In this document: in pieces, positions 1-12,621 of the stretch
Position numbering within the stretch: position 1 is the stretch's first letter
Layout of the letters: each line of letters begins with the position of its first letter
Assembly: GCA_028534125.1 (NCBI GenBank)
Contig: CM052818.1
Coordinates: 21,206,001-21,270,000 of the forward strand
Origin: Lama glama
Taxonomy: Eukaryota
Direction of reading: 5' to 3'
DNA length: 64,000 bases
The notes under the pieces: model-generated
What the model saw: the letters and a program-made list of their open reading frames with translations, nothing else
Databases searched by the model: none
Told to the model about the DNA's origin: nothing
Program-made: the position numbers and the translations under genes

Positions 1-159
1 GCCGACTCCCTGCTCCCTTCCTTAAGATCTTTTCCAAGGGCTTGTGCTGGCTGCCCAGCCAGGACCTCTCACTAGTTCAAAAGCTCATTGCTGGCAGATT
101 TAACCTGGTAACTTGACCTGGGCCGTGGAGAAGCAGCTCAATGACTTCGTGGTCCCCAG

Positions 160-350
160 AGTAACAGGTCATACTTGGCATTTCTTGAACACTTACTCGG
201 CATCGGGCAATTTACACACCTGGTATCCGTTTAATTCTCACAGCGGCCACACAAAGAAGCTATTATTACTGGCACATGAAACTGAGACGCCAGGTTCGGG
301 AACTTGCCCAGAGTCGGTTACATTTACAGCGGCAGGACCAGCGTTTGAAG
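160..350. mobile_element. MIR SINE relic
   Basis: atgaaactgagacgccaggttcgggaacttgcccagagtc resembles the MIR core. Confidence 0.55.
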
Positions 351-379
351 CTGGTCCCTGCGAGTCTGCAGCGCATACT

Positions 380-860
380 CTTCCCAGAGTACCGGCTGTA
401 GGCGAGCGCGGTGCCCTACAGGGGCCCTACAGGTTTGGAGCGGCGCCTAGCCCCGGGGCCCCGGGTGGCAGGGACGAGAATGACTCCCGCGGGGATCGGA
501 AGCAGCCCCCAGCAGTGCGAGGACGATGCGAAACGCGGAACCAAGACTGGCTCTTGAGCGAGCGGCGCAGCGGAGCTCGCAGCCTCAGTGACCCGCCTAA
601 GTCGGCGAAAGCGAGTATCTCCACAACAATAGGGATAGTTTACCCGGTTTCCTCACTTGCCCTCTACTGTGTAGTCCTGACTCACCGTCAAATACCAGGG
701 AGGAGGTTTCGACCAGCGCGGGTTACTCCGCAGTAAAGAGAGCTTTGGGACTCTAGGGTCAGCCTGTCCCCGCCTCCCTCTTTGCCCTCCTGCGACACCG
801 GCCTCGTCTCCGCCAGTCTGCTGGGGAAGATTAGGCGGATTCCGGACCGTGAGGGCTGAG
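380..860. promoter_or_regulatory. Small orphan CpG-rich island
   Basis: Dense CpG against CpG-depleted flanks. Confidence 0.55.
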
Positions 861-2559
861 ACATGAGTCCTTGGTGGGATCCCCTCCTCTTTGTCCGTCC
901 TCCCCTCCCCCTTTATCCTGTGCTGCGGACAGGGCTGTCTGGTGGGCAGTAAATAAAGCATCATTCAGTTAACACAGGTTTACCTCTGGGGCTCTAGGAG
1001 GTCAGAAAAGAGGGGGAGCCTAGACCCTGCTCTTCAAAGACCAGAACAGACCAGGCCCATCCCTGGCTCGCTCCCCCACCGACATACACACACTTAGGGC
1101 CCCACTGGAAGGCCCCATCCCCTTCTCCACCTGCAGAGCTGCAGGTGATGCAAGCACTCAGATTCCACCTGAGCTAGGTGATTCTGTCAGTTTCAAGATA
1201 GGGTGTATGAAATACCCTACTGTCCTGAGGCAGAGCCATTGGTGACCCTGGAAAGGTGCCCTGAGACACCTGAACTGATGAGGGAGGTCACCAGTCCAGG
1301 CCTAAGGAGAGTGAAGCTTAATTAATAAGGAGGCCAACCAGGAATTGTGAGTCACTCCTCCCTTTCACTCCTGAGGGAAGAGCCAGGCCCTGATGGATTC
1401 GGGGTAGGGAGCTAAGGATTAGAAACAGAAAGGGTAAAGCTGAATAATTTCTAAAGCAGAATGATATAGGTATTCCTCCTGTACTCGGGTGCTCTGCAGG
1501 CAGTCAGTTTCACAAACCTCCTGTCATTTAATATTCACCATTGTTTAGGGTAGGCAGGAAAGTCATTCTTCTCCCCAGTTGACAAGTGAGGATGGGAGAC
1601 TAAGGAAGGTGGCATGTGTGACTTTCCTGAGGCCCCAGAGTTAGTGAAGGCTCTTTCCTCTATGCTCTGTTGTTGAGGTGACTTCTTGAGTTTGAGGGAA
1701 ATAGCAGATACCTAGCCAGACCAAAAAGTAAAGATTGTTCCCCTGGGGGCGGGGGGAGGGCATAGAAAGATGGTAGCCATCATGGAGAGCTGGATGCTGC
1801 TACAGAGACTTCAAGGAAATGTACCTTAAAGGCAGAACAGCCTACCCTGAAAATCACTACAGAAATGCCTAATCACTAAAAGAAACAGGTGTCTTCTGAC
1901 AAGCCACTTCCATACCTTCCCCAAGGGACATGAGCAGAACTGAGAACTAGAGTTTTGCTCTTTCACTGGGCTCAAGACCTGCCTGTTAAGGCTACCAGCA
2001 AGTGAGTTGTGACCCAGAGATTTCCTGAATTTTGTACGTGGTCCCCAAAGGGCTGTAGGTTTTTTAACTGGAGAAAATGGGAAGAGACTCAACAGTTCGG
2101 TTTACTCTGAAAGACTAGTCCCTGGTGTCAGTTCAGAGCTGTAGATGCAATTAAGAGTCGCTTCATCATTTACTTATCATTTTTTGAAGAACTAGGTTAA
2201 GCAATCACCCTAAAGGCAGATAAATATTAAGTAGGAATATTAAACAGACAAGACTTCAGAGGAACTATGGATCTCCAGAATTGCCAGAGCCAACACACAA
2301 TCTCAGGGGTTGAGGCAGTGTCTCCCTGCCTGGAGACCAGGAACCAGGAGGGGCCAGGGAGGCACAGACAGGTAGTGCCATCTCACACAGAGGCAGCTAG
2401 ATGTGTTAGGCACCAAACTTGAGACCAGGAAAGAATGAAAATGTCACCATACCTGTAGCTGTGTTAACAAGGGTCTGCCTCAGGCTCAAAGTCTACCCAA
2501 CTCAGGCTAGCTTCCAACCCAGATGGAGCTGAGGCAAAGAGCTGGAAAAGAGACAGTAT

Positions 2560-2900
2560 TTTAATTATGGTTGCAAACAAATACATTCCAAAACATGACC
2601 TTATTTCTCATCCTCATAGCAATCCAATGGGGTGGTTCTGGGCAGCAGGTGGCTTCCCATGGGGTGATTCAGGGACCAAGTCTCCCTTACCTGGTTACTC
2701 CACCCTTAGGGTCCTTTGCATTCAGTTGCTGGCTGGGTGAGGATCGTGGAGGACAGGTATGGGAGTTGGGGGGGCGAGGCAGGTTTGGAGCAGGGCACAT
2801 CCCTTCCACTCATATTCTATTGGATGAAACTTAGTCATTTGACCAACCCAACTGCAAGGAAAACCCAGAAATGGAGCTACCTGTGTGACCAGGAAAAAAA
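2560..2900. mobile_element. Ancient ERVL/MaLR-type LTR relic
   Basis: catattctattggatgaaacttagtcatttgaccaacccaactgcaagga resembles old MLT1-class LTRs. Confidence 0.45.
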
Positions 2901-3219
2901 GTCCCAGGAAAAGGATTTACAGAGTCTGTATGAAGGGTTAGTCAATCCTCCATGACTTTAAAACAGAGAAATCTGTATTCTGTAAGTTTTCTTTTTCATG
3001 CATCTGTACATATTATTGCTGATTTGTGGTTTTGTTTTGTTTTGTTTTGCTTTTTACGATTTTGAGTTAGGGTTTTGTGGGGTTTTTTTTTTTAATCTTA
3101 TCTTGGTTTTTCTGTAGTGAGAAATACATGTGGAGATACCACTCCTATATTACAGACCACGAGTCACTTCACTTCTTTGGGCCTTGGTTTCCTCGTCCAT
3201 TGCATACTATATTAATTAG

Positions 3220-3560
3220 GGTAACGTTCATCTCGAGGGATGAAAAAAACTCAAATAAGAGTGACTTAAGCATAATAGAATATTATTTCTCTCACACATT
3301 TGCATCTAGGTAGGCAATCTAGGATTGATGCAAAGCCAAGCTCCTCCTACTTTGTTGTTCCACCTTACATGACCTCAACCTCATGGCTTAAGATGGTGGC
3401 AGGATGGAGAAAGGAATGCTGAAGGTAGAAGCTGTATGCTCACTGTCTCTTAAGAAAATTTCCTAGAAGCTGCCATACAACATCCCATTGGGCAGAACCT
3501 AGTCACATGATCACACTGCACTGCCAGGAAAGCTATGAAATGTACACTCTTCTCCCACAG
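3220..3560. mobile_element. Ancient MaLR-type LTR relic
   Basis: catcccattgggcagaacctagtcacatgatcacactgcactgccagga resembles old MLT1-class LTRs. Confidence 0.45.
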
Positions 3561-3939
3561 AGCAACCTGCACCTGTTTCCCTAGCTTGAGATCACTAGGT
3601 GGGGAGTCAGGAGACTGGCGTTTTACCTCTATCCCCACCTTCTGTGTGACCTTGATCAAGTCAGCAAGACTCTCTGAACTTCAGTTCCCTGACAAGAAGG
3701 CAAGAGAGGACTATCCATAACCTTTCATTCTATAGATGTGGCAGAGGAAATCTGATCAGTGTGGAAAGCAGCCCAACATCTTTGGAAGAAAGACCTTGAG
3801 AAGAATGATGTGGCATTGTTCCTTTAGAAGCAAATGAATTTTGGCAATACCCACACTATTCCACTAAACACAGGGTTGGAGGACACTTACTTGAACCTAC
3901 TGTCTTTGAGCTGCTTTACTGGGATTTTAAAGTGAGTTT

Positions 3940-4960
3940 TGGGGAGAGGAGGGAAATCTCCAGAGAAATTGTCAGAGTAAGGAACTCCAAAAGCCCACCC
4001 CTCCATAAAAGCAACAAAAATAATTGACAGAAATGGTTAGCAGCAAATTTTTCAGAACTCTGGAAACTGAATAAAAGCTTGAAGCAACCCAGGGAGTGCT
4101 TATTCAAGACCATGGCTGAATCTCAGTAAGAACAGCACACTTTGTGGCATTTTAACTTACCCTAGTCCCACCCCCCACTCTTCAGCTCTTCAATAACTTT
4201 GAAAATAATGGTCTGCATTCCTAGTATCAGTACAGGAGGGAGCAGAATGGACTCCACTCACAGACTATCCTTAGTTAATCTGTTTGGTGGCTCCCTCAAA
4301 GGCCTGCTCCAAGATTTGTTCTTTATCTTGCCTGCCTGCCTTCTGCTAAAGCCACTAACCAGGGAACATTTTTCAAAAACATTTTTAGGCAAATGGATTA
4401 GTCTCTGCTGCCTGAGGCAGTGGATAACAGTGGGGCAAAAAACAGACTAATCCAAAAGCTTCATCAGAAAGGCTGGGGAGCAATATGTTTGGGGGAATAA
4501 GGACTTTGAAAAGCTCCAATATATTCCTGGGGTTCTAGAAAGGCACATCCATGCTGAGTGCTGTGTGCATGCTCAAGAAAGATCTAAGAAGGCCCTGAGC
4601 TTTTACCTCTGGCTGTCCTGAGGCTCTGCACAAGTAGAAGTGAAGACTAAGGCAGAGTTGTAAGTTTCCTGGCTGAGTGGTGAAGGCATGCCCAACATGC
4701 ACATGGAATCTCCCTACAAAGACTGGGAGGTTTTTTTTGTTTGTTTGGTTTGGTTTTTTTGTGTAGGTTTTTAAGAGAATCCCTGTCCAATAATTAGTGT
4801 TGACCACTAAACTAATGAAACAGTGACTTCAGTAGCTGTACATGACAAAGAATACAGACTTATTAACTAAATTACTTCAGAAAAGTTAACAAACAAACAA
4901 CTAGAACAAATAGCAACAACATCAAATCCAGGGAACGAGCTAAAATCTGATTTCCACTGT
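3940..4960 (+). mobile_element. Old L1 5' region (L1M-type), apparently resuming at ~6440
   Basis: Resembles L1M 5'-end sequence and is collinear with the ORF1 relic after the younger insertion. Confidence 0.5.
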
Positions 4961-6440
4961 TGCATTTCCTTACACTAACAATGAAATGTTAGAAAGAGAA
5001 AGTTAAAAAAAATCCTTTTTAAAATCACATAAAAAAATAAAATAAAATGCTTGGGAATTTTACAAGTTGGTGAAAGACTTATGCTGTGAACTATAACACA
5101 TTGAAAAAGGAAATTCAAGATGATTCAAAGAAATGGAAAGCTATCCCATGCTCTTGGATTGGAAGGATTAATATTGTTAAAATGGCCATAGTACACAAAG
5201 CAGTCTACAGATTTAATGCAATCTCTATCAAATTACTCATGACTTCTTTCAACGAACTAGAAAAAATAATCCTAAAATTTATATGGAATCACGAAAGACC
5301 CAGAATTGCCAAAGCAATCCTGAAGAAAAAGAACAAAGCTGGAGGCATAAGCCCTCCCAGCCTTTAGACAATACTACAGAGCTACAGCAATCAAAGCAGT
5401 ATGCTATTGGCACAAAAACAGACATATGGACCAATGGAACAGAATAGAGAGCCCAGAAATAAACCCACACATATACAGTCAATTAATCTTTGACAAAGGA
5501 AGCAAGAATATACAATGGAGAAAAGACTGTCTCTTCAGCAAGTGATGTTGGGAAAGCTGGACAGTAAATCGATGAAGTTAGAACACTCCCTCACACTATA
5601 CACAAAAGTAAACTAAAAATGGCTCAATTTTAAGACTTAAATATAAGACATGACACCATAAAACTCCTAGAAAAGAACATAGGCAAAACATCCTCTGACA
5701 TAAATTGTAGCAATGTTTTCTTCGGTCAACCTCCCAAGGAAAAAGAAATAAAATAAAAAATAAACAAATGGAACTTAATCAAATTTATAACCATTTGCAC
5801 AGCAAAGGAAACCATAAACAAAACAAAGACAACCTACAAAATGGGAGTAAATATTTGCAAACGATGCGACTGGCAAGGGCTTAATTTCCAAAATATACAA
5901 ACAGCTCAAATAACTCAATATCAAAAAAAAGACAAACAAGCCAATCAAAAAATGGGCAGAAGACCTAAAGAGACATTTCTCCAAAGAAGACATACAAATA
6001 GCCAACAGGCACAAGAACAGATGTTCCACATTGCTAATCATAGAGAAATGTAAATCAAAACTATAATAAAGTATCACCTCATGCGGGTCAGGATGGCCAT
6101 TATTCAAAAGTCTACAAATAATAAATGCTGGAGAGGATTGGAGAAAAGAGAACCCTCCTACACTGTTGATGGGAATGTAAATTGGTGCAGCCACTATGGA
6201 GAACAGTATGGAGATTCCTTGAAAAGCTAAAAATAGACTTACCATATGATCCAGCAATCCCACTCCTGGACATATATCTAGAAAAAACTCTAATTTGAAA
6301 ATTTACATGCACTCCAGTTTACAGTAGCCAAGACATAAAAGCAACCTAAGTGTCCATTGATAGATGACTGGATAAAAGAGGATGTGGTATATGGTATATG
6401 AATGTATGTGTGTATATGTTATGTATATTTTACCACAATA
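4960..6440 (+). mobile_element. L1 ORF2 3' part, disrupted
   Basis: Translation [56 protein letters not shown] is characteristic L1 ORF2; stops and frameshifts present. Confidence 0.93.
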
Positions 6441-7115
6441 AAAATATAAAAGAAAAAATAGAAAAAAAATTACAAGGCATACAAAGAAGCAAGAAATGAT
6501 AACCCATACACAGACAAAAAAAAAAAAAAGCAATCACTAGCAAACATCCCTGAAGAAACCTAGACATTGACTTACTTGACAAAGACTTTAAAACATCTAT
6601 TTTAAATATGCTCAAAGAACTAAAGAAAGCCATATCCAAATAACTAAAAGAAAGCATGAGAGTAATGTCTCACCAAACAGACAATACCAATAAAGAAATC
6701 AGAACTATAAAAAGTAATCAAATAGAAATTCCAAAGCTGAAAATTATAATAACTGAAATGAAAAATTCACTAGAGGGATTCGACAACACTTTTGAGCTGA
6801 GAGAAGGAAGAATCAGACAATGAAATTATCCAGTCTGAGGAACAGAAAGAAAAAGAATGAAGAACAATGAACAAATCCATGAGACCTGTGGGACACCATC
6901 CAGGACACCAACGTAAGCATACTGGGAGTCCCAGAAGAAAAGAGAGAGAAAGGGGCAGAAAGAATATTTGAAGAAACAATGGCTAAAAGCTTCCCAAATT
7001 TGATGAAAAACATTAATTTACACAACAAAGAAGCCTAATAAACTTCATGCAGGATACATTCAAAGAGATCCACTCTGAGACACATTATAATCAAACTGTC
7101 AAAAGATAAAGAGAA
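6440..7115 (+). mobile_element. Old L1 ORF1 relic
   Basis: A-rich; gaaaaaatatttgaagaaataatggctgaaaacttcccaaatttg-like motif and agacacattataatcaaactg. Confidence 0.8.
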
Positions 7116-7485
7116 TTTTTTATTGACGTATGGTTGCTTTACAATATTACATGTTATAAGTGTACAATATAGTGAGTCACAATTTTTAAATGTTATACTC
7201 CATTTATAGTTATTTTAAAATATTGGCTATATTCCCCATGTTGTACAATATATCCTTGTAGCTTATTTTATACCTAATCGCTTGTTCTCTGTATCTGTGA
7301 GTCTGCTTTTTTTTTGGTTATAGTCACTATTTTGTTGTATTTTTCAGATTCCACATATAGGTGATGCCATACAGCATTTGTCTTTCTCTGTCTGACTTAC
7401 TTCACTTAGCATAATGCTCTCAAAGTCTATCCATGTTGCTGCAAATGGCAAAATTTCATTCCTTTTTATGGCTGAGTAGCATTCC

Positions 7486-7544
<59 letters not shown>

Positions 7545-7800
7545 ATATATACCATGTCTTCTTTAGCCATTCATCTGTTAATGGACACTTAGGTTGCTTC
7601 CATGTCTTGCCAACTGTAAATAATGCTGCTATGAACATTAGGGTGCATGTATCTTTTCAAATTAATGGGGTTGGGGGGGAGGATATAAATCCAGGAGTGT
7701 AATTGCTGGTACATATGGTGGTTCTATTTTTAGTTTTTTGAGAAACTGTTTCTATACCGTTTTCCACAGTGGCTGCACCAGTTTACATTTCCACCAACAG
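7116..7800 (-). mobile_element. L1 3' end containing a (TG)n tract
   Basis: Minus-strand translation MFIAALFTVGKTWKQPKCP..DEW; T-tail at the left end. Confidence 0.9.
7488..7536. repeat. (TG)n microsatellite
   Basis: Direct reading. Confidence 0.97.
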
Positions 7801-8687
7801 AGTTATTGAAACAGACACTTGGGATATGGATTTACCCTCCCTGCCAAACCACCATCCATGGACTTTTAGAATGCCTTATTCACCATCATAGTATTCCACA
7901 CAGCATTGCTTCTGATCAGGAAACTCACTCCACAGCAAAAGAAATGCAGCAATAAATCCACACTCATAAGATTCATGTCCCCCACCATCCTGAAGCGGTT
8001 GGCTTGATAGAAAAATGGAATGGTCTTTTGAAGACATAGTTGCAGCACCAGCTAGATGGCAAAACCTTGCAAGACAGGGATAAGGTTCCCCAGAAAGCTG
8101 TATATGCTCTGAATCAGCGCCCAGTGTATGGTGCTGTCTCCCATAGCCAGGATTCACAGGTCCAGGAATGGAGAGCTAGAAATGGGAGCGGCACGACTCA
8201 CTATTACCTCTAGTGACCCGCTTGCAAAATGTATGCTTTCTGTTCTCACAACAGTATGTTCTGCTGGCCTAGAAGTCTTAGTTCCAGGAGAAAAGCTTCC
8301 CCAAGGAGACACAACAATGATTTCATTGAACTGGAAGTTAAAACAGCCCCCTGCCCACTTTGGGCTCCTCACTGCCTCTGAATCAAGAGGCAAAGAAGGA
8401 AGTTACTGTGCTGGCTCTGGTGATTAGTCCTGATGACCAAAGGGAAGTTGGACTGCTACTGCACCGTAGAGGTCAGGAAGAGCCTGTCTGGGATACACAA
8501 GATCCCTCAGGGTGTCTCTTAGTATTACCATGCCCTGTAATTAAGGTCAGTGGAAAACTACAACCACCCACACCAGGCAGGACTACTAATAGCTCAGAGC
8601 CTTCAGGAATCACCCCACCAGGTGAAGCACTATGACCAGCTGAGGTGCTTGCTGAAGGCAAGGGGACTGCAGAATGGGTAGTGGAAC

Positions 8688-8840
8688 GGGGGCTGAGAGT
8701 ACAGCTCAGTGGTAGCGTGCATAATTAGCACGCACAGGTCCTGGGTTCAATCCCCAGGACCACCATTAAAATATATGTAAATAAATAAACCTAATTACCT
8801 CCCCCACCTCCCCCCAAACAAACACTTTTTTAAAAAAAAG
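8688..8840 (+). mobile_element. tRNA-derived SINE (camelid vic-1-like)
   Basis: A box agctcagtggtag, B box gggttcaatccc, A-rich tail; degenerate TSD agaatgggtagtggaa / agaatagatagtcgaa. Confidence 0.85.
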
Positions 8841-8880
8841 AATAGATAGTCGAAGAAAATAATTATAAATACCAGCTACA

Positions 8881-8990
8881 GGGAGTGGGGGTGGATAGCA
8901 CAGTGGTAGAGCTCATGTTTGGCATGCACAAGGTACTGGGGATTGAACCCAGGGCCTCTGTTAAGGGGAAGAAAATTAACAAAGATGAGT
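8881..8990 (+). mobile_element. vic-1-like SINE with inverted B-box segment
   Basis: Sense-strand 5' half, then ggtactggggattgaacccagggcctc in antisense orientation. Confidence 0.8.
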
Positions 8991-8997
8991 ACGTTTC

Positions 8998-9150
8998 GGG
9001 GGGAGGGTATGGCTCAAGTAGTAGAATGCATGCTTAGCATGCACAAATTCCTGGGTTCAACCCCCAGTGCCTCCTCTTAAAATAAATAAATAAGCCAAAC
9101 ACCTCCCCACCTAAAAAAATTTATTTTAATGAAAAAGTTTAAAAAATAAA
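8998..9150 (+). mobile_element. vic-1-like SINE
   Basis: ggggagggtatggctcaagtagtag...ctgggttcaaccccc, A-rich tail. Confidence 0.85.
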
Positions 9151-9550
9151 TCCTAGGTACAAACATGTGCCCAGTTACAGAAATGAGGACTGCAATTGTT
9201 AAGAGTATTTCCCCCTTATTTTGTTATGAATATATTTGTGTGTATATATGCATATATATTAAGCAAGTATCTTTGGGTTTTTTCCTCTCTTATTCCTTTA
9301 TGACTTTATATTATAGCATGTACGTAGTGTTAATTTTACATCATAGTATTTAAGTTACAGGATATCGAGGAGAAGAGTAAACATCACTCAAGGACTTTAC
9401 TGCCTCTTCTGGGGACGGGGTTAGTGAGTTTTCAATTGCACTCAGGACAGTGGTATCATGTTTGGAATTATGACCTGGTTATTGTCTTTATTTGTACATC
9501 AAGTATGGTTTAAGGAGATGCAGATGTCAAGTTGACAAGGGGTAGATGTC

Positions 9551-9640
9551 TTTTTTTTTCAAATGGAGGTACTGGGGATTGGACCCAAGACCCCATGCAT
9601 ACAAAGAATGCACTCCATCACTAAGCTATTACCCTCCCCT
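9551..9640 (-). mobile_element. vic-1-like SINE at the ERV-L PPT/LTR junction
   Basis: Reverse-complement SINE; TSD acaaggggtagatgtc / acaaggggtggacatc. Confidence 0.85.
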
Positions 9641-9654
9641 ACAAGGGGTGGACA

Positions 9655-10386
9655 TCTGATGGTTAATTTTATGTGGTGCTTGACTGGGCCACCCAGATGT
9701 CTGATTAAATATTATTTCTGGTGCAAATAAAAACCATGAGTTATCATCTCATGCCTTTTAGAATGGCTATTATCAAAAAGGCAGGAAATAACAAGTGTTG
9801 ATGAGGTTGTGGGAAAAGGGAACCCTTATATACTGTTGATGGGAATGTAAATTGGTACAACCACTAGGGAAAACAGTATAGAGATTCCTCAAAAAATAAG
9901 AACTATCATGTGATCCAGCTATCCCACTTCTGAGTATTTTAAAAATATGAAAACACTAATTTGAAAATATATACACACCTCTATGTTTATCACAGCATTA
10001 TTTACAATAGTCAAGATATGGAAGCAACCTAAGTTCCAATCAATGGATGAATGGATAAAGAAGATGTGATATATATACACAATGAAATACTACTCAGCCA
10101 TAAAAAAGATGAAATCTTGCCATCTGCAACAACATGGATAGATCTTGAGGGTATTATACTAAGTGAAATAAGTCATGTGGAGAAGACAAATATCATATGA
10201 TTTCACTCATATGTGGAATATAAAAACAAACAAACAAAAAATAAAATAAATGAACAAAACAAAGCAAATAAAAACAAGCACATAGATACAAAGAACAGAG
10301 TAGTGATTACCAGAGGGGAATAAATCTTCTTATTTATGATAAGGCCTCCCTTGGTTTTGTTTCTCTGGAGAACCCTCGCAAATACA
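9655..10386 (+). mobile_element. MLT2-type 3' LTR of the ERV-L, centre replaced or interrupted by L1
   Basis: Starts tgatggttaattttatgtg..cttgactgggc and ends ttggttttgtttctctggagaaccct..aataca, matching MLT2 termini. Confidence 0.8.
9724..10320 (+). mobile_element. L1 3' fragment (L1MA/MB-like) nested in the LTR
   Basis: ggaagcaacctaag..aatggatgaatggataaag..tactactcagccataaaaaaga..ctaagtgaaataag. Confidence 0.88.
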
Positions 10387-10569
10387 CCTCCTGAATGACT
10401 TCTCTAAGGTGAGGCTTACATAGACTGATAAAGAAAAGTTATTTTTCACACTCTTTAGTACTTTGTGTGTATGCTTGATAGGCTGTTAGTATCATTTTCT
10501 TTCTAGTAATGGACTGTACCCTCCCACCTCAGCACAGACTGCTCTTGGCTCTCTTTATTCAGTCTCCAC

Positions 10570-11030
10570 ATCTGTTGTAGTAATATAACCTGCAATTTGT
10601 TGCTGGCCATATGGCTGCCCAGAATAAAGATGACATTTTCCAGCCTCCCTTGCAGTTAGATATAGCACATAACTAAGTTTTGGCTAATGAATATTATTGG
10701 AAGCATTATATACAAATTTCTGGAAGTGTTTTCCCAGGAAGAGGATCCCTTTCTTCTCCCTTCCCCTTTCTTGCTGACAGGAATATAGATGTGATGGCTG
10801 GAGCTAGCACAGCCACCTTGGACCATGAGGCAACATGCTAAAGTTGGTGGAGCAGCCAGACAGAAAGGAGCCTGAATCTAATATGACTTTGGAGTAGATA
10901 TTCTATCCCTAGACCTCCTACTCCAGACTTCATTAATATAAAAGAGAAGTAAATCCTTATTTTATTTAAGCTACTAATTCCTTGGGTTTCTGACACATGT
11001 AGTTGTATCTAATTCTAACTAAATACTACC
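10570..11030 (+). mobile_element. Ancient ERVL solo LTR (LTR16-like)
   Basis: cagcctcccttgcagttag..gatgtgatggctggagct..cagccaccttggaccatgagg..tttaagc. Confidence 0.6.
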
Positions 11031-12621
11031 TTTCCAAATTCAAAGAATACAATCTTCCTTCCTGGAACCCTGTGGCCCTTTTATGTATGTAATTTGCTTT
11101 TATTCTTTCGATATTTCTCTGAGGTGTAGTATTGTTTGATCATGCCTATTACACAAAGATACAGAAAACCTGCATGACTCCATTCAAAGTATTGCCTAAG
11201 GCAATGAAGTGGCTTCACTGAGAAGCTGTAACTCCTAGTTCCCCAGTACATGCTGTCCCCACCAGAGGGTATTGTGAAAAGCCCAGCATAGCCCAGGCAC
11301 CCAAATGAAGAAACTTCCCAGCTCCTCCTATCCCTAGATGAATTTGTCTGGGCTCAGGAGGCCATGGGATATGTTCTCACTTTCATTTCAGGCTTTTCCC
11401 AGGCTGGCAGCCTCTGGAAGAGTACAGAAGCAGATAGAGATTTTAAAAATCCATAGATGTTCCTTAATAGCCGTAAGTGTGGATGGGGTGTGATGAGCTA
11501 CTGGAAGACAGAGAATGTTGACTTTGTTCCTTCTCTAACTGTAGGAGTAATACCAAAACTATCTTACCTTATTTGTATAAATGATCTGGAGGATCATGGT
11601 GAAGTCTCCAGATCTGCAGATGACACTGTGCTCTCCTAGGGAGTGAGGGACTGAGTGGTTGAGAATAAAGCCAGGAAGATCTCATAGAGGCACATGTGTG
11701 GGCAGCCTAGTGACAGCTAAACTGAGGCAAGCAAATAACAGACGGGGGAGGAGTGGAGAGTAACCTCAGTTTGTGGGCTGGGGAGCTGAAGGTGAAGGCA
11801 CAGGGATTATTGTTAACTACTCTCCAAAGATATGAACCAATAAGCTGGTCTAGTCGAGAAGGTCAATGCAATTCAGTGGCATAACATTAATCAAGAGTCT
11901 CTGATGTGCCCAGCACCATACCCAGGGCCATAAATAGTGTAAATGTAAATCCATTCAAGATATAGGCCCTGCCTTTCTTGAGTGCGTGCTCTAGCTCCAA
12001 GTGTCACCATGAAGGGGGTTGGAAATGTCCTTCCTTGCTCTCTGGAACATTGTGTGCAAATTTGATCACTGTGCTCAGAAGCCAAAACAGAACTGGAGAA
12101 GGTTCGATGAAGAGTGGAGCAAGAGGGCAAGTGTCTGTCATCATGCCCTGGTTATAGAAGTGAGGGTTTCACTCTGACTTCAGATCATACGTCACCTCCT
12201 CTCTGAAGGCCCACCTGATTGTGTCCCCCAGGTAGAACCGACCCACTCTTACTCAAGTGCCTCACAGTACTTTGTAAACAATTCTGTGATGATTCAACAA
12301 TTTTTTTAACATATCTTATCTTCCCTTCCAAAATGTATGAAGGCAAAGACTTACTTTTTTTGTATCTTTAGTATTTAGTAGAGTATGTGCATATAGTACA
12401 TGTTCAATAAATGCTTGCAAAATTAATAGAAAGATGGAAATACATTTCATTGGTCTCTAACGTTTATTGTTCATACGCTGCATCAGATAAAAACATTTCA
12501 GCATGTTCCTTATGTGTGTCTTCAATATATTGTATACTATATTCTGTACATTACAAAACATATAAAAATAATTTGAACTGAACGAGGTATAAAATTAGCT
12601 ATAACATCTTTACTATCTAAC

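Larger units (their letters stand above)
7805..9545 (+). mobile_element. ERV-L internal relic: integrase C-terminus plus dUTPase
   Basis: Relic frames ASDQETH, HHPEAVGLIEKWNGLLK, then AGLEVLVPGEKLPQGDTTMISLNWKLKQPPAHFGLL and PLNQEAKKEVTVLALVISPDDQREVGLLLH. dUTPase downstream of integrase is the ERV-L gene order. Ends in PPT-like gacaagggg. Confidence 0.88.

Noticed and set aside
113..736. 207-aa ORF
   Set aside because: Non-ATG start, overlaps a MIR and a GC-rich island, no recognisable domain.
8128..8635. Domesticated dUTPase gene
   Set aside because: Split across two frames inside a decayed ERV-L.
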